A stretch of 64,000 nt of DNA from NCBI GenBank assembly GCA_019455225.1, contig JACFMU010000003.1, forward strand, positions 1,697 to 65,696, read 5' to 3'. Source of the DNA: Candidatus Hydrogenedentota bacterium (GTDB taxonomy: Bacteria > Hydrogenedentota > Hydrogenedentia > Hydrogenedentales > CAITNO01). Shown here in pieces: positions 27,525 to 40,197 of this stretch (its first letter is position 1; every line of letters begins with the position of its first letter). A program made the position numbers and the translations under genes. The notes below the pieces were generated by a model. The model made no database searches, had not been told where the DNA came from, and saw only the letters and a program-made list of their open reading frames with translations.

Positions 27525-30500
27525 ATGAACAGCAAACTGCGCGCCCTGCTGTGGGAGGAGTGCCGCGTCGGCGGCTCCATCACGGGGATGATGTTTTTCA
27601 CCGGGATCATGGTGCTTTTCGGGCTGCGCCCCGACGCCCATTGGAACGCCGCCGACTGGCGGCGCGAGGCGGATTTCGTGGTGTTCGTCACCCTGGCGGT
27701 GCCGCTGTTCACGGCGCTGCTGCTCACGCTGAACCCCGGCAATTCGGGCCACCTGAAGGGCGGGTTCTCGCGGCGCATCCTGCGCCTGCCCGTCGAGACG
27801 CCCGTCGCAGTCACGGTGACCCTGCTCACGCGCCTGGCGCTGGTGCTCGCGCAGGGCGTGTTGATGCTGGGGCTCTGCGGGCTGGTCTTCGGCGAAAGCC
27901 TCGGGCTGCGCCCCGTCTTCGCCCTGGGCGCCGCCTACCTGCTGGTCCAGGTGCTGGACTGGATGCGCGCCGTGGCACCCGTCATGGTGGCGTGCATCGT
28001 GGCGCTGGGGGTTGCGGTGGTGTTTTGGTTCGGCCACTGGGAGGGATGGGTCGGGCTGGCCGGGGCGCAGACGCCCGTCACCCTGTCCCTGCTGGCCGGT
28101 TTCGCCGCGCTCACCCTGGCGGCCTGGGCGGCGGGCCTGTGGCTGGTGGCGCGGACCCGTTGCGGCGAGATACTGCCCGGCCCGGCCCTGCCCCGTCCAT
28201 CGGAAATCTGGGGGGAGGGCCGGTACCATGCCAAGGCCGCCCCCTTCACGTCCCCGAACCGGGCGCTGTTCTGGCGGGAGATGCGGCGGACGAACCTGTC
28301 CCTCCCGCTCATGGCCCTGCTGGTGTGGCTGCTGGGGCTGGCGGTGATATTCGGGGAGATGTGGCTGGCGGGGGACTTCAACTTCATGAAGAGCCGGCGC
28401 GCCTTCCTGCTTTTCGAGGTGCTGCCCTACGGGGCGGTGCTGCTGATGGCTTTCCCATGGTACCTGCGGAGCGGCGCCAAAATCCGCTTTGGCGCGCACC
28501 GGCCCACGGGGTATGAGATGCGCCTGCCCGTGCCCAGGGCCGCCCTGGCCGCCGCGCGCCTTCGGGTGGCGGGGATTAACCTGGCCGTGGCCCTTGGTTT
28601 GGCCTGGGCCGTGCAGACGGCGCATTTCCTGTTCGCCGACAACCACGTCGTCCTGTACCTGCTTGCGGACGGGCTGCAAACGGGCGGCGCCGACTGGCGC
28701 GAGGTGGCCACCCTGCTGCTGGGCCCCGCCCTCGCTGTGGGCGTCGCGGCATGGATTATCATGACCAACGCGGCGTGGGTGGGGAGTATGGCGGCCATCG
28801 GCGGCGCGCTGTATTTCTTTTTAAGAAGCCTGCCCTTTTCTCACATTAGGGACTGGGCCTCCTTCCTGCCCACGCTGGAGTATCTGCTTGCCTTTCCAGG
28901 GCGGCTCTACTCGCCTTTTTGGGGGATGGCCGTGACGTCCCTGATCTTCATCACCCTGCTGTGGTTTGTCGCGGGGGTGGCGCTGATGCGGGTGCTGGGC
29001 GTGTCCACGCGCCGGGCTGCGGCGGTGACCCTGCTGCTGTGGCCGGGCATTGCGGCGGCGCTGTTTCCCTGGTCTGACCGGCCCGACCATGGGTTTGAGT
29101 GGACCGGGGTGATGGTCTGCCTGACCCTTGCGGCGCTGGCCTTGCAGGGCCGCACCAATGCGCTGCGCACCGCGTGCGGGCTGGGATGGTTTGACCGGCT
29201 CACCCCCATGGAGAAGGGCGGGGCCGGGAACAGCACGTTCGGCTTGAAGTCCGTGCGGATGTTGTGGGCTTTGACAGTATTGTTGGCGGCGGTGGGGTTG
29301 GTGTGGCTGCGCTGGCCAAGTGAACCGGCGCGCGCCAGAATGCTCCGCGCCGAAGGGCGCCCAGCAACCCTTGAAGAGCTGAACAACTGGTATCTCCCAG
29401 TGTCCCCGGGGGAAAACCTCGCAAAGCGGTACCAGGAGGCTGTTCAAAAAAATCAGGCGTTGTATACTCAATGGCAGCAGGCGTATAAAAAGCCCGTTGA
29501 TGAGAGCCCGCAGGGCAAGGAAGCGGCCGGGGCTTTTCCCGGCCCGCCAATGCCTGAAGACCCGTATGAGAATCTGCTGGTGCAGGGGAATGCAAAAGTG
29601 AAGCGGGAGGAATTGCTCCCGAAAGCGGTGTGGGAGACCAGTCTGGACTATTGGCGCACGGTGGGGGAGCCGGTGGCGGAAATGCTGCACGGAATTGCGG
29701 CGTCTGGCCTGACCAAAAGCCGGTACCCCGTGGACACACGACCGGGCCCCGGCACGATACTGGACCATTTGGCGCCGGTGCGCAACCTTGCGCGCGTCCT
29801 TTCCCTGGGGGCCTGGGTTGCCGCCGTGGAGGGACGCCCCGCCGACGCGGTCACGGCGATACTGGACATGGCCCCCTTGGGCAATTCCTTGGCCGATGAA
29901 CCGATTCTTATCTCCCAACTGGTGCGTGTTGCCGTCCACGGCATTGCCTGCGCTGCAGTGGAGACGGTAATGAACCGGACCACCCTTCCCGAATCGGAAC
30001 TGCTCAGGCTACAGGAAGGGCTTGCCCGGTTTCTCCCTCCCCGTGAGGCGGGGCCGCTGTTTGAGCGGGCCATGCAGGGCGAGGAGGTATTCATTCTGGG
30101 CAGCGGTTATATAATAATGAGTGAAATGTCTCCTTCGCTCGGATTTTATTCTGGAATACCCTGGTTGTTCTCTGCGGAAAAAATCAAGGCAGGAATGGCC
30201 ATCGTGCTCTATGGGTTCACGGGCATGCAGAGCATGAACGGGATTTTGAGCGCCGATTTCCAGCGGGACCTCGAGGCCAAGGCGCGGGCCGCGCTCCTGC
30301 AGGACAAAGCACCGACAGAGGACTACTGGAAATCCGCATCCCTCTCTCATTTGGTCCCGGAACAGCCTTTGGACAATTCACGAGTGGGGCGCATGGTACA
30401 ACTGACTTCCCCCAGGCGGGGTGGCATCCGGGGAGACAATGGCCAGCCCTGGCGGCCCATCATTCCCTGGGACAGCATCGCCAACACGGTCCTTTTTTTT

Positions 30501-30878
30501 CGTGCAACCCACGCATCCATCGCCTTGCCAGCCCTTATTCGCGCTCACGATACCGAGTGGCGCATCCGGACGCAATTCGACCTGTGCCGGACGGGGCTTG
30601 CGGTGGAGCGGTACCGCCTGGCCAATGGCCGTCTGCCGGAGGCGCTTGAGGAACTGGTGCCGCAGTATCTGGACCGCGTTCCGCCGGACCCGTGGAACAA
30701 CGGCAGGCCCCTGAGCTACCGCGTTCGGGAGGACGGCGGGTTTGTCGTGTACAGTTACGCCATGAACCGGCAGGATGACGGCGGGGAGGAGATCGACGGG
30801 TGGTGGCAAAAGGGCGACATAACGTTTACCGTCTGCGCGCCGGAAATCCGGGACCGGGTGCAGGTGGCGGGGGGGTAG
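27525..30878 (+). CDS. Fused double ABC-2-type permease (1117 aa) with a large extracytoplasmic C-terminal domain ending in a GspG/pseudopilin-like module
   Basis: There are two permease-like halves, each beginning with a cytoplasmic 'LLWEECR' or 'LFWREMRR' motif, plus one further TM segment. The C-terminus PPDPWNNGRPLSYRVREDGGFVVYSYAMNRQDDGGEEIDGWWQKGDITF resembles the T2SS GspG globular domain. A ggaggg RBS is present. Confidence 0.7.
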   Translation: MNSKLRALLWEECRVGGSITGMMFFTGIMVLFGLRPDAHWNAADWRREADFVVFVTLAVPLFTALLLTLNPGNSGHLKGGFSRRILRLPVETPVAVTVTLLTRLALVLAQGVLMLGLCGLVFGESLGLRPVFALGAAYLLVQVLDWMRAVAPVMVACIVALGVAVVFWFGHWEGWVGLAGAQTPVTLSLLAGFAALTLAAWAAGLWLVARTRCGEILPGPALPRPSEIWGEGRYHAKAAPFTSPNRALFWREMRRTNLSLPLMALLVWLLGLAVIFGEMWLAGDFNFMKSRRAFLLFEVLPYGAVLLMAFPWYLRSGAKIRFGAHRPTGYEMRLPVPRAALAAARLRVAGINLAVALGLAWAVQTAHFLFADNHVVLYLLADGLQTGGADWREVATLLLGPALAVGVAAWIIMTNAAWVGSMAAIGGALYFFLRSLPFSHIRDWASFLPTLEYLLAFPGRLYSPFWGMAVTSLIFITLLWFVAGVALMRVLGVSTRRAAAVTLLLWPGIAAALFPWSDRPDHGFEWTGVMVCLTLAALALQGRTNALRTACGLGWFDRLTPMEKGGAGNSTFGLKSVRMLWALTVLLAAVGLVWLRWPSEPARARMLRAEGRPATLEELNNWYLPVSPGENLAKRYQEAVQKNQALYTQWQQAYKKPVDESPQGKEAAGAFPGPPMPEDPYENLLVQGNAKVKREELLPKAVWETSLDYWRTVGEPVAEMLHGIAASGLTKSRYPVDTRPGPGTILDHLAPVRNLARVLSLGAWVAAVEGRPADAVTAILDMAPLGNSLADEPILISQLVRVAVHGIACAAVETVMNRTTLPESELLRLQEGLARFLPPREAGPLFERAMQGEEVFILGSGYIIMSEMSPSLGFYSGIPWLFSAEKIKAGMAIVLYGFTGMQSMNGILSADFQRDLEAKARAALLQDKAPTEDYWKSASLSHLVPEQPLDNSRVGRMVQLTSPRRGGIRGDNGQPWRPIIPWDSIANTVLFFRATHASIALPALIRAHDTEWRIRTQFDLCRTGLAVERYRLANGRLPEALEELVPQYLDRVPPDPWNNGRPLSYRVREDGGFVVYSYAMNRQDDGGEEIDGWWQKGDITFTVCAPEIRDRVQVAGG

Positions 30879-30881
30879 GGG

Positions 30882-30915
30882 TTACGAGTTACGAATTACG
30901 AATTACGAATTACGA
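30882..30915. repeat. Tandem heptamer repeat (TTACGAA) x about 5
   Basis: gttacgagttacgaattacgaattacgaattacgaatcaag lies immediately after the permease stop. Confidence 0.8.
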
Positions 30916-30937
30916 ATCAAGAGGGTCGGTGGCCGTG

Positions 30938-31020
30938 TTACCTGGGAACGCCAATCTCCTGATTGGCTGAGGCTGTTTCGACATTTTGTGAAGCCAATCG
31001 GGCGGTTGGCGGGCCCAGGG
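30938..31020. repeat. REP-like palindromic hairpin element (GGGAACGCCAATCTCC family), copy 2 (diverged right arm)
   Basis: ttacctgggaacgccaatctcctgattggc...gccaatcgggcggttggcgggcccaggg is present. Confidence 0.65.
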
Positions 31021-31115
31021 GGTGGCCGGAATCGGGTTTTTGCCCGACGGGACGGGGGGTGTATAATGGGCCGGTAGGCGGTATTTTTTATCCACCGCCA
31101 CGCCGGGGTGATTTT

Positions 31116-32246
31116 TTGAGCGACACTTATGAACTGATAGCCGACCAGGATTCCTGGGAGCGGTGCCATGCGGCGTTGCGCGCCGCGCCGCGCTTTGCGG
31201 TGGACCTGGAGGCGAACAGCCTGCACGCCTACCGCGAGGAAATCTGCCTCATCCAGCTTTCCACGGAGACGCAGGACTACATTTTGGACCCGCTCTCCGG
31301 GGTGGACTGGTCGGCGCTGGGCGGGCTGCTGGCGGACCCGGCGATTGAAAAGGTGTTTCACGCCTCGGACTATGACCTGACGCTCCTGAAGAGCCTGCAC
31401 GGGTGGGACGTGCGGCATCTTTTCGACACGATGTGGGCGGGCCGCGTGCTGGGTTTCGAGAAAATGGGCCTGGCCAGCGTGCTGAAGGAGGTGCTGGGGG
31501 TGGAGCTGACGAAGAAGTACCAGAAGGCGGACTGGGGACGGCGCCCGCTCACGCCCGAGCAACTGGACTACGCCCGGAACGACACGCACTACCTGCTGCC
31601 CCTGCGGGACGCGCTCGAGGAGCGCCTGCGCGAAATGGGCTGCCTGGAGGAAATCCGGGAGATATTCGAGGCCGAGTGCCACTCCGACGCGGTGACGCGC
31701 GCCTATGACCCGGAGTCTTTCTGGCACGCGCGGGGCGTCCGCGACCTGAGTCCGCGCGCGCTGGCCATATTCCGCGCCCTTCACCATTTCCGCGAGGAGG
31801 AGGCGAAGCGGCGCAACGTGCCGCCCTTCAAGGTGGTCAACGACCAGATGCTCATGAAAATCGCCGGACGGGCCGCGGAGTGCGAGGGGATCGTGGCGGA
31901 GGTGCCCGGCGTGTCGGACAAGCTGCTGGACCGGCTGGGCCACAGGCTCCAGCGCGCCGTGGAGCAGGGCCGCCGGGCGCCGGTCCCGAAGCCGCCGAAG
32001 CGCCCCCCCCGGCCGAACAGCAGCCCGGGCTTCCTGCTGCGCTACGAGGCGCTGCTCGAGTGGCGCAAGAAAACGGCGCGGGCGCGCGGGGTCGAGTCGG
32101 ATGTGATCCTCTCTCGCAGCACGGTGGTGGAGCTTGCCGAGAAAAACCCCCGCGGCATGGCGGAGCTGGGCCGGATCGAGTCGCTCGGGCCGTACCGGCG
32201 CGACCGCTACGCGGGCGAGATACTGAAGGTGCTCGAAGAGGCGTAA
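31116..32246 (+). CDS. rnd: Ribonuclease D (DEDD 3'-5' exonuclease plus HRDC domain)
   Basis: FAVDLEANSLHAYREEICLIQLST...KVFHASDYDLTLL...YARNDTHYLLPL are the DEDDy exonuclease motifs. A C-terminal HRDC region is present. The probable start is a TTG at 31116 (SDTYELIADQD). The track start 30963 reads through the REP element. Confidence 0.8.
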   Translation: MSDTYELIADQDSWERCHAALRAAPRFAVDLEANSLHAYREEICLIQLSTETQDYILDPLSGVDWSALGGLLADPAIEKVFHASDYDLTLLKSLHGWDVRHLFDTMWAGRVLGFEKMGLASVLKEVLGVELTKKYQKADWGRRPLTPEQLDYARNDTHYLLPLRDALEERLREMGCLEEIREIFEAECHSDAVTRAYDPESFWHARGVRDLSPRALAIFRALHHFREEEAKRRNVPPFKVVNDQMLMKIAGRAAECEGIVAEVPGVSDKLLDRLGHRLQRAVEQGRRAPVPKPPKRPPRPNSSPGFLLRYEALLEWRKKTARARGVESDVILSRSTVVELAEKNPRGMAELGRIESLGPYRRDRYAGEILKVLEEA

Positions 32247-32274
32247 CCGGGGAGACTCCCCGCCGGACGGGCAA

Positions 32275-33543
32275 ATGCACCCCATTCCAGACACAGCGGA
32301 ACACCCTTCCGGCCCCGGCGCGGGGATGCTGATGCCGCGCATGGCCGTGGTCCTGCGCATCGAGTGGGCCATGCTGCTGCTGCGGTACCTCCTGTACCTC
32401 TTCGTCATCCTGTTCCACGTGTCCGGGGCCGAAGCCCTGTTCCTGCCGAACCTCACGGTGGCGGCGGGTCTGGGGCTGCTGCACAACGCCTGGGCGCACT
32501 GGGTCTTTTACAGCCGCCGCCACGACCTCTTCGTGTCCCCCGTCAACCTGCTGCTCTACCTGGCGCGGGCCGCCCTGATGGTGGCGCTCACGGGGGGCGA
32601 GCAGAGCGAGCTGGCGCCCCTGTTCCTGCTCATCCTCATCGGCTGCCACGTCTACGCGCCGGACTCCCCCAACATCCCCTGGGCCTCGGTCACGGTCTGC
32701 GCCGCCTACGCCTTCACCATCCTCGGCGGGTGGGTGTGGCGGGGGGTCAACCCCATGTCCCTGCCGGTCTACGCCAACCTGGCCGCCCTGGCCCTCTGCG
32801 GCTGGCTGATGGCGCAGTTGGGCAGCCTGCTCCGGCGGATGGAGGCGGACGCCGCGCGGCGCGCGGGCGACCTGCTCTCGTCGGAGGCGACGGTGCGCGC
32901 CATTCTGGACAACACGGCGGAGCCCATCGTGGTCTACGGCGAGAACGAGTTCGTCGCCGAGGCGAACAACCCCGCCTGCGCGTTTCTCGGGCTGCCGCGC
33001 GAGCGGCTGACGGGGCGCCGGTTCCGCGAGTTCCTCTTCGACGACGGCACCCTGACGGAGCGGATAACCGCGCTGCGCGAGCGCGGCTCGCTCCACGACG
33101 AGATGCTGATGGTGCTGCCGGAGGGCGGCGAGCGCAATGTGGACATGCACATCCACTCCTTCGTCCGGGACCAGCGGCAGTTCTTCGTCGCCATGTTCCG
33201 CGACATCACCGGGCAGAAGGAGTTCGAGGAGGCCCAGCGCCAGGCGAAACGCCGCCTGGAACAGGTCAACCTGGAGCTCCAGCGGGTGAACGCGCTGCGC
33301 GCGGAGTTCTACACCACCGTGGCGCGGCGCCTCCGCTCGCCCCTCACGGCGCTGCTGGGTTTTCTGGAGATGCTCCTGGACGAGGAGATGGGCGACGTGA
33401 ACGAGGACCAGCGCGCCGCCCTGCAAAGCAGCCGCCGCGGCGCGCGGCGCGTGCTCGACTTGGTGGACGAGGCCTTCGAGGAGGAGGCGGGAACGGGGAC
33501 GGAGAAGACGGCGCGGGGGGAAGGCGGCGCCGAAAAAAAATAA
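32275..33543 (+). CDS. Membrane-anchored PAS sensor with a degenerate HisKA (DHp) domain, lacking the phospho-acceptor His and the HATPase domain
   Basis: Five to six N-terminal TM helices precede a PAS domain (TVRAILDNTAEPIVVYGENEFVAEANNPACAFLGL...FFVAMFRDITGQKEFE). The DHp-like segment EFYTTVARRLRSPLTALLGFLEMLL has the H-box His replaced by Arg. The ORF ends after a Gly/Glu-rich tail directly before a REP-type repeat. Confidence 0.65.
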   Translation: MHPIPDTAEHPSGPGAGMLMPRMAVVLRIEWAMLLLRYLLYLFVILFHVSGAEALFLPNLTVAAGLGLLHNAWAHWVFYSRRHDLFVSPVNLLLYLARAALMVALTGGEQSELAPLFLLILIGCHVYAPDSPNIPWASVTVCAAYAFTILGGWVWRGVNPMSLPVYANLAALALCGWLMAQLGSLLRRMEADAARRAGDLLSSEATVRAILDNTAEPIVVYGENEFVAEANNPACAFLGLPRERLTGRRFREFLFDDGTLTERITALRERGSLHDEMLMVLPEGGERNVDMHIHSFVRDQRQFFVAMFRDITGQKEFEEAQRQAKRRLEQVNLELQRVNALRAEFYTTVARRLRSPLTALLGFLEMLLDEEMGDVNEDQRAALQSSRRGARRVLDLVDEAFEEEAGTGTEKTARGEGGAEKK

Positions 33544-33691
33544 CGGCCTCGCGGACCGGGCGTCTTTTGTGGCATGGCCGTCCCGGCCATGGTGTTCACG
33601 GGCGAGACTCCCGTGCCACTCCCGCGCGGCATGCTCGTTTCTTGTGGCATTGCCGTCCCCACACCCAACCACTATAAACCCAACCCACCGC

Positions 33692-33779
33692 CGTCATTCC
33701 CGCGAACGCGGGAATCCAGTAATGCCAAGGGTTTAGGCCGATCCTGCCTCTCTGGATTCCCGCTTTCGCGGGAATGACG
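33692..33779. repeat. Double-hairpin repeat element (GTCATTCCCGCGAACGCGGGAATCC family), copy 1
   Basis: ccgtcattcccgcgaacgcgggaatccag...ctggattcccgctttcgcgggaatgacg is present. Each arm is itself a hairpin and the two arms are mutually inverted. Confidence 0.75.
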
Positions 33780-33806
33780 AAGTGGGTGGTTTCTTGGATG
33801 CCCCCT

Positions 33807-34493
33807 TTACTTGAGGGGCTTAATCTTCATGTTGCGGTAGGCCACCGGGTCGCCGTGGTACTGCAGGCCGACAAAGCCCTCGCGGGCCATGTCCTTGTAT
33901 GCGTACTTGAACTTGTTCGGCGTGCCGTCGGGGTTCTTTCCCGCCTCGGTCCACTGGTCCAGGTCCATGCCCGTGACCAGTTCATCGTTCAGGTACACCC
34001 AAATCCACGCCCCCTTGGCGATGATCAAGAAGCGGTTCCACTCGCCGGGGGCCTTCACCGCCAGCTTCGCCGGGGCGAGGCAGTCGAAAATGCCGCCGCA
34101 GTGGTGGCGCACATTGTCATACTGGTCGTTCGGCTGGAGCACCTGCACCTCGATGGCCGTGTTCAACCAGTCGCGAATCGAGTCGGTGCGGATGAACACG
34201 CCGCTGTTCGTCTGGGGCTCCAGCTTGAACTCCAGGTCCAGGGCGAAGTCGCCGAAACGCTCCTTCGTCCAGATGTCGCCCTTGCCCTTGGCCACCAGCG
34301 CCCCGTCCTCCCAGGCCCAGCCGCCTTTGCGCAGCGTCGCATTGGACAGGTCCTCCGAGAACAGCGGCGCGTAGCCGTCCGCGTCCTTTGCCGCCTTCAG
34401 CAGCGCCTCATCCGGCGGGGTCACCTCGGCCCACACCGTCCCGGCCGCCAAAAGAAGCGCCGCAACCGTCATCATGCGAAAGGTCTTCATCAT
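33807..34493 (-). CDS. DUF1080 (3-keto-disaccharide hydrolase / GH16-like jelly-roll) secreted protein
   Basis: A signal peptide MMKTFRMMTVAALLLAAGTVWA is present. TNSGVFIRTD...WNRFLIIAKGAWIWVYLNDELV...GFVGLQYHGDPVAYRNMKIKPL matches the family. Confidence 0.7.
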   Translation of the reverse strand: MMKTFRMMTVAALLLAAGTVWAEVTPPDEALLKAAKDADGYAPLFSEDLSNATLRKGGWAWEDGALVAKGKGDIWTKERFGDFALDLEFKLEPQTNSGVFIRTDSIRDWLNTAIEVQVLQPNDQYDNVRHHCGGIFDCLAPAKLAVKAPGEWNRFLIIAKGAWIWVYLNDELVTGMDLDQWTEAGKNPDGTPNKFKYAYKDMAREGFVGLQYHGDPVAYRNMKIKPLK

Positions 34494-34584
34494 TTGCTCT
34501 CCTCGGCAAAATGCCGTTACGTTGTTGCATTGACTTCAAAATGGCGGGAATCTCATGCAGTCATGATTGTCCCAAAAGATTTTA

Positions 34585-34680
34585 ACGCGGAGGCGCAGAG
34601 GGCACAGAGGAACGCGGAGATCGCTATTCTCTGCGGCGCTCTGCGTTCTCTGCGCCTCTGCGTTCTATGTATTTTCCAGC
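34585..34680. repeat. Palindromic array of 9-bp periodic repeats (CAGAG / CTCTGCG core)
   Basis: gcgcagagg gcacagagg aacgcggaga tcgctatt ctctgcggcg ctctgcgtt ctctgcgc ctctgcgtt lies between the lacZ-like stop and the DUF1080 start. Confidence 0.6.
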
Positions 34681-34703
34681 AAGGCAATTGCGGGCATTTT
34701 CCC

Positions 34704-39880
<5,177 letters not shown>

Positions 39881-40197
39881 GACATCCTCCTTCCAAACGC
39901 CTTGTCCGCCGGCATCACGGCGCGGCACGGCCGCACCCCCGAAAACCGGCGCCGAACATCATACCGCAGAAGGGGGGGCCTTCACATCAACCGAAAAAAA
40001 CCCAGGCGGCGGGGGGTGTGCGCGGCCCCCATGCCGCCGGGGTCCGCCACTTGACCGCGCGGCGCGGCAACCGCATAATACTGACAGTTTGAAATGCGCG
40101 CGGCTCCGTGCTTTGTGGGCGGAAGGCACCGCATGTCCCGAAGGGGCGCGCCGGGCGTGATTATCCGACAGGGCCGGCATAACATAAGGGTTCCATA

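Noticed and set aside
33692-33779. The GTCATTCCCGCG...CGCGGGAATGAC hairpins as evidence of Neisseria origin (dRS3 / Correia-like)
   Set aside because: Only the short ATTCCCN8GGGAAT-like core is shared. The genome's GC content and gene content are incompatible with Neisseria. I treat it as a lineage-specific REP-like element with convergent shape.
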